A stretch of 34,599 nt of DNA from Perkinsus olseni. Taxonomy: Eukaryota. Location of the stretch: the NCBI GenBank assembly GCA_013115125.1, contig JABANN010000372.1, positions 1 through 34,599 on the forward strand, given 5' to 3'. The position numbers and the translations under genes were made by a program. Numbering within the stretch: position 1 is the first letter of the stretch; every line of letters begins with the position of its first letter. The notes below the pieces were generated by a model, which saw only the letters and a list, made by a program, of their open reading frames with translations, was not told the origin of the DNA and did no database searches. This document shows, piece by piece, positions 24,002-34,599 of this stretch.

Positions 24002-24265
24002 AGAATTCCTGTTTTACCAACGTAACTCACACCAACGTACCGTTTTCGATACTACAACTGGCTTGGGTTTCTTGAATCGGCGAGCGGCTGGAGAAAAACG
24101 AACAAGCTGAGCTTTCATGCGCGAGCACGGGGTAGCTCAGGTAGCGGCAGGAGTGTGTGTGCACGTTTAAGGATAGGCCAGTAGTTGGTACGCCGAGAAA
24201 GCAGCTCTTGTTGAAACAGTTCAAGCGAGATTCCATCCCACTTAGTGTTTTTCATGAGTTTCTAA

Positions 24266-24347
24266 GACACTTTGGCCGAGTGGTTAAGGCGGCGGCCTGC
24301 TAAGCCGTTGGGCTCTGCCCGCGAGGGTTCGAATCCCTCAGGTGTCG
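24266..24347 (+). tRNA. tRNA-Ser (anticodon GCT)
   Basis: Acceptor stem GACACTT/AGGTGTC with discriminator G, A box TGGCCGAGTGG, anticodon arm GCGGC-CTGCTAA-GCCGT, long variable arm GGGC-TCT-GCCC and T arm GAGGG-TTCGAAT-CCCTC. Confidence 0.97.
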
Positions 24348-24351
24348 TTTT
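24348..24351 (+). terminator. Pol III terminator (T4)
   Basis: TTTT immediately after the tRNA discriminator base. Confidence 0.6.
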
Positions 24352-24587
24352 CGTATCTGCTCGAAGCCACTGTCTACGTCAGCGGTTCTTCCCCGCGGCC
24401 TTCAAATAAATGGACATTTGCTTGTGAGGAGAACATCAATACCTACTAATTCACGAGGAATGGGCCCTTTTTGAATCAGCACCCTGTATGCGGATATTCA
24501 GTCGTAAGCTACAATTGACAGAACATAAATCGAACGCTGGTCGCCCTCTTTCAAAAAAATCTTCATTACGGACAAGCAAAATTGTCT

Positions 24588-26115
24588 TTAAATAGAGCGA
24601 GGTGAGCGGTGGCTTTCAAGCAGCACCGCCACGCAGTCATCCGACCGCTTGAAACTGAATAAGGTCATCGCCGGCAGCATGTGACAGCTTCCACTTGTGG
24701 CGATCTTCACACCCTCCGAAGTCGTAACCTACACTCAGGCGTTGGGGCGGAATGACGATCAGTCAAGATGAGCAGCGCAGGCAATTGGCACGTCCATGAC
24801 TAGCCAGCTTGAGCAAACATACCTCGATGCGCCCACGGATGAGGTAGAGGAAAGATCCCGACTCTCCTGTTGATTCTTGGTACGTGGAACCGGCGTCACC
24901 TAATTAAGAGAACCACGGAATTGGGAAATTCTATGATGAACTTCAAGGTGGTCGAATAATCAAGGAAGAAAAACGAGTTAAACACAATGCCACCGACCAG
25001 CTCCCAGAATATAGACAATGAACTCTTTGGTTGGATAGTCGTCACCGAACAAGTTAAGCTTGGTTCCAGGAACGGCGAGATCTTCTGCGTGAGCTTCTAA
25101 CCACTTGTTAAGATTGAATGGCCTGGGATGAATGCTTTTTATGGAAATCCATGTGAAATCGTGGAAATGATGCACCTTGGAACGGCCGTAGTGGTGTCCT
25201 GCGGGAAGGGGGTTGACGACGGCACGGATCTATCCGACGGGGTATTTGTGGCAAACTCTTGGCTGTTCTGGTACTCCTGAGTCACGAAACCCACAGCTAT
25301 CGAGCGACAAACACAGGCGCCCCTATCGGATGAGCACCTTGACGACGGGAATAACATCTCTTTCGAGGTTCCCGCAGTAGAAGTATCTAGCACCATACAG
25401 AATCTTCAAAAGCTGAATCTCCGACTGTTGCTTCACCTCTCCCAGAGTATCTTATCGCATTTATCGAAATTGGTGTACCACCTCAACCCATCGTAATCTC
25501 GCCCTTCGATACGTTGCCTTTCCACGACGAGTCCCTGAATCCACACAGTTTCCGAGAGAACAGCAACTTGGGCAAACTAAGGACGCCTGGCGGCAACGCC
25601 TCAAGAGATCTGCTGTCAAAACTTCTGACTCAGAAGGTCTGCTACGCGCAAGCCGTAAATGACATGAACTGATACGCGTCTTACCAGGCTCTCAGGGCAT
25701 GGTCTTTGAGGCGCATGCGGTATCCTGGGAGGCAGCAGGAATATTTCACCTTCGTTAATCTTCACCAGTCTGAGAAAGAGGGAGGCTGCCTTCGCGACAG
25801 GATGAAAATCTCCGTGCGCCTCGAGCCTAGGGTCTCGGCGGCCCGGCACCCTCGCCATGAGATTTGTATTCCGACCCACTTCCTTTCCCCTCTCTCGATG
25901 ATGGGAAGCTCCATGTGGCCCTTCATCTGCCAGAAGAACTCAGGACTCTCATCCAAGTGAAAGTCAGTCCTCATGTTCGGACCGCTGACGAACATGATGA
26001 CGAGATCCTCTTTGTGCATGACCCTATTGCAGAAAGGCGGAGCGAAGCTCTTCTCATTCTTCTTCACCCAATCTTCGAGCACCACAGGACCTTGCACTCT
26101 CAAATCGTGTGTCAT
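24588..26115 (-). CDS. HAAO: 3-hydroxyanthranilate 3,4-dioxygenase (kynurenine pathway), two-domain type, multi-exon
   Basis: WVKKNEKSFAPPFCNRVMH...MFVSGPNMRTDFHLDESPEFFWQMKG...EGEIFLLPPRIPHAPQRP with the Fe-binding His, Glu and His retained. Then DGLRWY...LWERYFYCGNL and a C-terminal extension PFNLNKWL...KLNLFGDDY. Confidence 0.92.
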
Positions 26116-26405
26116 AGCGATGAGTCCAAGAGGGCCACTGACACGGCAAGCGTTGCGCAAAACCCTCCAGTTCCCCGCGACACGAAATCGCTCCGACTCG
26201 CGCCCAAGCCTAGTCTAGAGGCTCGAACCCTGCCGGCTCTACGGACCCGTCCCAAACATGGCGTTTCCCTTACAAAAACTCTACTCAGCTGCAATGAGAT
26301 GCGTAAGGAACAATATGACATTGTGAGCGGTGAGGCATCACTATCAAGGCCAAGTGGTGGTGGCGGCCCTTCGTGCGCGTAACACACAGTGTAATTGTGG
26401 TATCG

Positions 26406-28373
26406 TTAACAGAACTTCCACTTGTTGCCGCAGTTCAAACAGGTAACGAACGTGGTCATAGGCTCATCAGAAGAGCGGGTCTGCATTTGGAAGTACCTAC
26501 AAGGCGCGAGGAGGTGGATGGATGGTATCAGCCATGCTAGCTCACGTTGTCTGGCTCTTTCTGCACTTTCCACACTGGAACATGCCGCTCTTCTGTAAAG
26601 CACCATGACGCATAGCCCAATCGGACTGGCATTCCTCCAGGGCAGCTTTTGCTGCATTGGCACGATGCTGACACGAGTGACATCATGATCGAGCATCTTT
26701 ATTCAGCCTACTTGGTTTTTAGCTTCAGATGCCATGTCTTCTGAAGTCAACGTGGAGTACTTCTCTCGAGGGAACAACCCCACAAGCACCTAGACACGGC
26801 CAATCCTTGAGCCTTCTTCTACTACACACACGTTGCTCACCTTCCACTGAAAATCAGGGTTCGAGGAGTCCGTCAAGTTGTACTTGATACTTCGGATTTG
26901 CGACAGATACCTGGGCGAGTTTCGCCAAATGAAACGTATTTCCGAGCTTCCCAGGAGCCTCACTCTCTCTCAGATAACTTAGAATGGCACTCGTCCTCGA
27001 TCTCTACGGCCCTGACAGCCGGCTCGGCCTCCTCTGGATTTCGCCGAGGCCTCAGCGCTTTGAATAGGAGGTTACGGATCTGTCAAAGTTCAATGTCATG
27101 CCGGAGCCATTCCCGAAGACATAGAAATAGGTAAAATTCCCGCGAACAATGATGAGCAGCAACTATCATCAGACCGATATGGACTGGCCATTTCCGATTT
27201 TAACTTTGCACGCTGCGCCACCACAGCTTCTTGCCCCATTCCATCCATCAAATTCCCCGTACGACCTTGTCCCTTTTTGGATCCCCGCATCTGGCCACTT
27301 CCATCACAGACGTGAGATCAGCATTCCCGCTGCTGCTCGTGCAGCTCCCGTCAGTTGTAGAGGCATCCGCCGTGGCAGTAGCGGCTTGACCATTCTGTGC
27401 CTTTGATGAATTCTGCATAGCAGATTCCCCGTTGCAGACCGATTTCGGATGCGAATGATGATGACCTGAGACACTCTACTACATAAACAACTCATGCCTG
27501 AACGCCGAATGAGCTCATTAACGATCAACCAGAATCTTCTGGCCCAAATTAGAGAGTACATCACCAATGATCAGTTGAAGCATCATCGGTGCAACGCGCA
27601 AAACCCAACGATCCTGTGGGAGGGTACCCCGTAAGATTCCCTACCAGATGAAGGCTTGTAGTCGATCTTCCTCTTCCAGACCCCCATGAGGTCCTTAGCA
27701 GCCTTCTTTGATCGCGGAGTGGTCTCACCAGCATTAGCCGCTTTGTTCAAGGCTTTGCCTGAAAACCAACTACTTCTGGCAATTCCTTTGACTCTTAGTG
27801 AGTGAAGAAGAAGGTGCATGCAGGCTCCTACGAGACCCTGTAGGTCCTTTCGGCAAGAACAGAATAGTGCCTCACGGGTACTCTATCTCCGAGGATCATC
27901 TCCAACATTTCTACTGAACAAGCCCACGACACAGCGAACAGTACTTGTCCGATAGACTTCATTAGAGTCGCTCATGATGCGGGATCGAGGACTGAGTTAT
28001 GTAATACGTAACTAGTGAGCCACTCCAGCAAGGATAGGAGTACAAGGTGGTCCACTCCCCTTCTATTCCAGGGAACCTCGAGGCTATGCAGCTTTAAAGC
28101 CTCGATTAATACGAGCTGCCTTGGAGAATATCTCCACGGAAAGGGAGGCCACCAAGGAGTCAATGCACCACACAACCGTGTAACGTAAGTGAGACCGACT
28201 CCGATGCAGCGAGATCCAAGTGTATTACCAATCATTGTCTCTTTCAAGAGCTGCTTATCCATGTTGATAGAGCTGAGGGAGTCGACGATGGCCATGAGGT
28301 CTCTATCGGGCTCTGAGAGGCGCTTCTTCAGCGTCAGCACTGTAGCCTTGTCATTTGTAGATACTGCCGACAT
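26406..28373 (-). CDS. TFIIS: Transcription elongation factor TFIIS, multi-exon
   Basis: N-terminal LW domain [13 protein letters not shown]...AKDLMGVWK, domain [17 protein letters not shown]...[16 protein letters not shown]...LTSEDMASE, and Zn ribbon [29 protein letters not shown]. Confidence 0.93.
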
Positions 28374-28579
28374 TGAGACCAAGGGGAAAAAGCAACCGAG
28401 AACGAACCATGTAGAGCGTGTCGAAGCGAACCCTAGGATACTCTTCTACGAGAACGCAACACTGCTTGAACGCACAGCTGGCATGACAACCGAGATAAAA
28501 CACCCTCAGCGCTCCAGACGCGCACGGTAAACATCACTGAGCTCCCAAGTGAGCTCGGAAGCGCCACCGCGAAAGCGCC

Positions 28580-31500
28580 ATGAGCGACGACCCCACGCTG
28601 CCGTCCGAGAAAGGGGGTTCGGGTGACAACAGCTAAGACGAGGGTTCACATTAAGAGACCTGTTCTATGCGACAGTGGCTCACCGAGGGCCAGGGTGACG
28701 ACCCAGATGGCTGAGCTCAGTGGTACAGTCTGTAGGGTGATTAAGATACTGTGTCGTTGCCGGCATATGCCACGCCAGGAATCGCTGCCAGAAAGATGAG
28801 GTATACTGGTTCTTCCGGCAAGTGGATCGGCCCTAGCTCTCGTTAAGCAGGGCCCGTGGTTATCTCCCGAAGACACGACGCGGGTCGCTCAGAGAAGCGT
28901 CGACCGAGGGCTGTACTTGGTGGCAATATTGACAGGACTTCTGCGTCGAAAGCTTCTCTGACGCTGGCTGCGAAGCCTACGCGTGAGTGAACTCGGCAAA
29001 CTGGCATGCAAAACTGAACGACTGAACGATAAGGCTGATACCGATTTGAGGGTGGAAAATTCAACGAGGTGCTCCGAAAACTCCCGCGGAACGCTTCTAT
29101 CGAGTGAAGAAGGAGCATGGTGGAAGAGCACAGATCCGATCGGGCGCGTCATGACTTCCCACTTGAAGTGGTTAGTCGTCCCGCCGCCCTCAGAAGACCA
29201 CGCGGCAGTTCTCCCCTACTGTTCGCCGCTCGACAATGCACAGGTAATATCCTAGGGGTCACACTACGAGACTATTACCGGCCACTCACGCAGGATCCTA
29301 TTTATTAACCAACCCCACTTGATCGAACGCACGGGTTCAACTCAAAGTTCAATTCTCGATCGTGTAACTCCAGTGAGTAGGATCTACTTGAGAAAAAGAG
29401 AATCGCCTGAGAAAGTCTACATGACCGAACTAGGTGCAGCAAGCGATTTCAGTTCGCGCTCCGATATTCGTACGCCAAGTGTGGGAGCTCTCGTAGCTGT
29501 TGAAAGTCGATCGATCCGCATGATTGACGGAGACACTGTCCCGTACCACTCCGGTTTGGTCAACACAACAAGATCAGAACGGAAAGGGCATAAAGAACTG
29601 AGTAACCGAATCATGAGGGTGTTGCGCAGTGCGTATAAGAAGCGTGACACTGATATTAGTCTCGTCTCCAAAGTGCTACGACCATGTACTATTGCCATGA
29701 GTCTTGCAGCTACCAATACCACAACTTCGGCAACTGATTGGAATACTGGCGTTCCCGCTTACGTTCAAGGTTTAGGATCTCCTTAATCGACAATACACTA
29801 TATGAGTGTATCGCCAACGCATGAGATCTGCGGTACTCTTGCCCGAACGCTCAACAGCGTTGCCACTTGGTTCGCAACGCCGTGCGATAGGAGGGCGATA
29901 GTATTCATTTTACCTCAGGGTTAAAAAGCTCGTTGGATTTACTCAACACGTTGGTTCAGTGTTGGATTTCCGTAAAGTCATCATCGGTCGGTCGGTCGGT
30001 CGTTGAGTTGTTTGAGATCTGCGAAACGCAATCGGCACCAATCGGCCAATCACGAGCTTATGGTCTCCCTTCATTCTACACCCAAGGCCATTTAATCTCT
30101 AAGGCACGTGGAGCCTAGGAAATCGGTAAAATGGGTGACTTCATATGTGTTTCTCAGACGTGTCAATGGATTCATCAAAACATATCAGGCATATGCTTGT
30201 CTAAATTTTTGAAAATCATCATCGACTCTCGCAGTGGGACTATCAGAACTCATAAGGACCGCGAGTCATTCGAGAGGCTCTCGGCCAGACATGAAGAGAT
30301 CTGGTGGCTTTCCTCTCCGATTGATACGCTTCTAGCAGGAACACATCCGTACGAGCGCAACACTGCGAAGAGTCGATGGCAGTACCGTCGGAATGTAGAC
30401 GACTAGCATTCCACGACCTACTTGTAGAAAGCGGAGCCACTTGCCGCCTTCATACTATACATGCAATAACCAACGGAAGAAGCATAGAGGAAGCTCAGTC
30501 CGGTCTATTTGCATGAGAAAGCAGTCACTATGCTCTTTCATTACATGACGATCGCTCTTCGAATAATCGATCATGCAATCGATTTCAACAAAATCGTTCG
30601 CCAAGTAGATCGATTATCTGCGCATGATCCCCGCCATGGCTCACGACTCTCTCCAACGTACAACGAGCCCAGTCAAGGTCAGCGGCCTCTCTCTCTGGCT
30701 TTGGGCTGCTTGAAGAAACTTTCCTCTCGGCCAAGTGATGTGGCATTCTCTCAGGTCGAACTCGAGAGCAACCCACTCTCGGATGTCGACTGGAAACAAC
30801 CTGGTAGATCCAAAGCGGGCATTATGCGCGCTGTTGCGAACCCTGAGCGGATTTGCACGTTGCAAGGAGCAAGAGTACGTCTAATAGTAAACATCTCTCC
30901 CTCCTGAAAGGCACTCAGCTTGGGAATATCGATCCTCACTCGCGTGTTGAAAGAGCCGCTTCGCAACGCTCCGTCGATGAGAACAACAAGGCATCAGATG
31001 GATACGTCCGACTGAGAGACACGCTACCGCCACGAGTACTCAACGAAGCAGGTCAGTTGTCCTTGGTTGAGGTTGTGTGTGTGAGTTTATGGCCCGGCGC
31101 CCGTACTGGCTCAGTAAGGCTTTCACCGATAGACTGATGGACTAGAGGTCGTGGAAGCCCATTATCACTGTGTTACATTCTTCTGGCGCCGCTGCCACCT
31201 CTCGGGGCTTTCCCAGTCGTAGCTCAGAGAGTGTGATGCTATCCAAGCCCGTACCCCTCCCTCAGTGGCCTTGCGGCTCTACGGAGTCACGCCAGTGCCA
31301 TCTACTGGTTACGGTAAGCTACATCGCCCGGACATCGTTCGTCTGACGAGACCAGCTTCGGCGGCGCGGCTCGCCAGAGACGAGAGGAAGAAAGCCGAGT
31401 TGCGAGAAGTACATGCTGAAAACTCCTGCTTCTGCAATCTGCTGTCACAACACCGACAGAATGCGCAGGCTCGCTTGCGCGCTGCGAAGAAGCCAAATCC

Positions 31501-32058
31501 CGGCTGGAAAGCCGCCGACGCAGTTCCTCGGACCTTCGACGAGAGATCGCTCTGTGGTAGCGATAGGCCCAGGAGGCAACGGAGCCCTTCATTTCGAGTG
31601 CCAGGTGGGGGTTCGACAGCCAACGCCTGCCATCGTCCTTCTCCTCAGCGTGGGCACCAGCCTGTGTGTCCAACCAAGGACCCTACGTTGATCCGAGTGC
31701 GAGCAAGGCCGACGGTGCGCAGTTCAAGCCCTCAGGCGGACACAGAGAGTTCTCGTACTCGTGCCGAGTCTAATAGCCATGTGCGTAGCTCTTGAGTAGG
31801 TATCTCCGTCCTTTAGCGGCCACCGAGTCCGATGCTCGCTTGTCCGAGTTCTACCGTCCCGTCATGGTCGCGTTGTCCAACCAGGATGGCTTCGAGAGCT
31901 TTCAGGGCTTCCATACAGACCGGAAAAGGCTCAGGCCCGGGAGGCCGAGAAGTGCGGGCCAGCGCTTGGTGAGAGCTGAAGCAGGGGACTCCGTGGAGGT
32001 TTCAACCAGTCATTTTCGAAAGGCTGGAATCAAACGGAGGACTCATCGTCTGAGCTGA
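28580..32058 (+). CDS. Hypothetical multi-exon protein (Arg/Pro/Ser-rich), with one inferred 1.5-kb intron
   Basis: Starts MSDDPTLPSEKGG. In-frame join SPLDNAQ|VELESNPLSDVDWKQP across 29244-30754. Later exons GNIDPHSRVERAAS and RPASAARLARDERKKAELRE. No family recognised. Confidence 0.4.
29244..30754. other. Oversized intron containing stop-interrupted ORF fragments (possible decayed insertion)
   Basis: GTAAT donor at 29244 and TTCTCTCAG acceptor ending 30754, with flanking exons joining in frame. The interior looks more AT-rich by eye. ORF pieces 29933, 30131 and 30509 share one frame. Confidence 0.35.
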
Positions 32059-32112
32059 CGAATTATCAGACAGTTCATAAAACCTGTGCTCCAGCGAAGA
32101 TTATGTTAGGTG

Positions 32113-33416
32113 ATGGATGGTGGTGCCCGTCCAAGGGGGGCATCTCTGATGCAGAGGCCTGTGAGTGCACAGACGACTTCGTGAGCATGCACCTAATATT
32201 CTGTCTCCACTGAGTGAAGGGGCTCTGAGCACCAAGTTCTCTGCGGAACTCGTATGCGTCCAACTCCTACTACGAGTTCCCACCCTGCGCTTGCTGAGAC
32301 GACGAACCTTGCCGTTGACCCAGGGCATGAATGTGCTGATCGCAATTCCCGTACCTTCAGAGTGCATGGAGCCGCCTAGGAAAGAGAGAGGAGACCTATC
32401 GCGCTCACAATCATGTCATTAGAATGTGCGAGAGTAGAAGTCCCGACTCTAGGCGATGGCTCGAAATTCCTCAGTCTGCTGGTTCCCCTATCATGGTTGT
32501 ACCGGCTTCTTCACCGCACCATCATGAGCATCTCCAACCCGCTAGGGAGTACTATCATACAGATATTCGGCTCCGCCATCCGACGCCCTGGACAGAGGCG
32601 CCCAGCGGGAAGAATCATCTAGTTTCCTCGAGATGCTTGTACGATGCCATGGGCCATCGAATCAGACCTCGCCCGGTCAGAGTTCGGCCATGTTTGGGGG
32701 TGAGCCTTTTGTCGGTGATGTTTTCTCGGTATACAGGGGCTATTTTCGAAGGGGACAAAACACACGTAAAATGGTACGTGAAATCAGAGGAAATCAATTT
32801 TCATCGCCCTTCATATATGAGGCTTCGTGCCGCTTCTTAGCTTTCCTTGCGAGGTTCACATCACGACCAATCCTCCTCTGTTGAAGTGTCCGGGGCGCCA
32901 GGAAGACTATGGCCCTGGCGATCCAGTTAGACCACAAGTTGCTGGTCTGCAAGACTTCATCGAGAAATCAGAGCCGCAGCTTCTGGAGAAGGACGCTATG
33001 ACTGACGATAGAGGCCGTGAGTTCCTTTGCCGTTGGTGCATTGCTACTCCTCACGCTCCCATAATTCAAAGCACTCGATTCCGATCGGGGCATCTCGCAA
33101 GAGCTACGCTTCGCTAAATGACTGAGTTATGAAATGAAGTTTCGTGTTAGAACCCCAACCGCCGCATGTTGCGGAACTGAGGAACCATCTGTCCAAGGAC
33201 CCTCAAGCCAGTACCAATGAGGATTTGGTACAGCGAGCTCCGCCTCCGAAACTCCCGCCCGAGCCGAACTACGTCCCACCGCCACCAAAGGGGACTTGCT
33301 ATGTGAACCCGCGAGGGTGAGTTCAATGCAGACCCCTGACGCGACAACTACGTTGTTCCAGAGCCACTATTCTACAACGGTCGCTCGCGGGGACGCGTCC
33401 TGATGTCTTCCTCTGA
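32113..33416 (+). CDS. Hypothetical multi-exon protein with a Pro-rich C-terminus
   Basis: Plus-strand exons flanked by GT-AG: YTGAIFEGDKTHVKW, GRQEDYGPGDPVRPQVAGLQDFIEK and PQPPHVAELRNHLSKD...PPPKLPPEPNYVPPPPKG. Ends are uncertain. Confidence 0.35.
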
Positions 33417-33989
33417 GAGCTGATATTTTAAGGTACGTGTGTGTCGCCATGGATCTCGATGCCCATGTTACTCATGGCCTACCGGCCCTCCCGGGAGAGC
33501 TTCTGAAGTATAGTGAAGGGTAGCAGCAGTGGACTATAGAGCACCTAGCAAGTAGGTGCTATCCCAAGGTCGAGTTCACGCACTACCAGGATGGTATGAT
33601 GGGACCGTTGAGCGACGGCCACGGACTCCGGACGTAGGTGAACGCGTCGCCGAAATTTCTAGCGAAACAGATTATGGTCGCGTGGGAGTATTTTCGCTTC
33701 TGTGAAGATGCTCAGTGTCTCCATATGTAGGTTCCCTCACGCGCCGAGTGACCCCGACCCTCGGTACAAATACCTATCCAAGTCACATCCATCGCCAATG
33801 GCTAGGTGTTGCGATGGCAAGATAACAGGACCGTGAGTCTGCAGCTCAGCGTCGAGAGCGCTACGAGTCTTTATTGGAACTCATTGTTATTGGGGACGGT
33901 GCTCAGGTGGTTTCGCACTGTCGATTCAGATGGTCCATACATCCCCCACCATGCGAGGCTGACGGTGCGTACTTCTATTGGACCCATGC

Positions 33990-34150
33990 ACATGACCACG
34001 AGCTTCCCATAGACAAATTTGTGAAGCACGAACCTGCAGTGGACGACAAACTCGCACTATCAACCTAGTGAGTACTGGGAGGAGGATGCCAACCTGGAAT
34101 TCCCTCTGATTGCACGCTGGTGAACACCATGCTCGAAATGGCTCAGCATG
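33990..34150 (+). mobile_element. Possible decayed hAT transposase C-terminal dimerisation domain
   Basis: With two frameshifts it reads HELPIDKFVKHEPAVDD...PSEYWEEDANLEFPLIAR.LVNTML. This resembles the hATC pattern ELxxYxxEP...PLxWW....FPxLxxLAxxxL. No clear SxxxERxFS follows directly. Confidence 0.3.
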
Positions 34151-34500
34151 CTGCCGATTGGACACCGGCAAAGAATGAAGGCTTTATGGAGAACGAGACA
34201 GGACGATTATACCATTGCGGGATATCTATTGAAGCATTGGTGGAAACACAAGGTTCATCTACCATTACTTGGCAGTCTGTGAGTCTTGCGAAGGTTTCCG
34301 ATCTTGTCACGTGAACTTTTCATGATTTCAGTTTGTACTCGCCACCTCACAACGAGTCCGTTTTCGGTAATCATATAGCCCGGGACTTTGTTAAGAACGC
34401 CCACCATGGCTTCATGGATGTGAAGAGAATGCCAATATTTTCTCGTTTCGTTTATACTCTGAGCTCCGAGTTGGAGAGTGGGAGTAAGTGAGCAAGCCTG

Positions 34501-34599
34501 GCCACTGGGGATATGGAGGCCAGCCTACTACACCCCTCCACAAATTCTTAGCATATCCGGTTTTTCGACTCGTGCACTGTCACCTGGACGAGTACGGAA
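34501..34599. repeat. Diverged repeat, copy C (cut by the window end)
   Basis: 34529-34595 matches 2131-2197 at 54/67 in the same orientation. Upstream GCCACTGGGG echoes GCCACTAGGG near 2076. Confidence 0.8.

Noticed and set aside
26430..26500. TFIIS hairpin reads RSSDEP rather than RSADEP
   Set aside because: The catalytic DE pair is intact, so this is a minor variant with no evident functional change.
27081..27640. TGATGA/CTGA-like boxes in other TFIIS introns as C/D snoRNAs
   Set aside because: Box order and spacing are unconvincing, and I could not recognise an rRNA-complementary guide.
18492..28373. Clustering of RNA-related genes (DTW enzyme, NOP9, tRNA, TFIIS) as a functional system
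   Set aside because: They act in different pathways and are interrupted by HAAO. Chance adjacency of housekeeping genes explains it.
29983..30002. (TCGG)n microsatellite, and also the G9 run at 17805-17813
   Set aside because: Short simple repeats with no further structure.

Overview
Gene-dense, intron-rich eukaryotic DNA with many short GT-AG introns and very short intergenic gaps. The gene style resembles a Perkinsus-like alveolate, which is my inference and not shown directly. The ORF track is fragmented by introns, so I stitched gene models by eye and their boundaries are approximate. Minus-strand block 1-11152: cytochrome P450 (partial), CENP-C/Mif2-like protein, a hypothetical protein, an AspH-family 2OG dioxygenase and the mitochondrial ATP synthase delta subunit. 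Plus-strand block 11566-24347: a GT-A glycosyltransferase-like protein, a TBC-like protein, an apparently intronless secreted protein, a DTW-domain tRNA-modifying enzyme, NOP9 and tRNA-Ser(GCT). Minus block 24588-28373: 3-hydroxyanthranilate dioxygenase and TFIIS. Plus block from 28580: hypothetical genes and a possible hAT remnant. The most notable observations are unidirectional gene arrays with a tRNA at the convergent switch, a CENP-C motif lacking the YW pair with twin perfect palindromes upstream of the gene, a signal-peptide plus NLS protein whose frame continues past its TAG, and a decayed coding-like repeat family at both ends of the window. No CRISPR, rRNA or prokaryotic system was seen.
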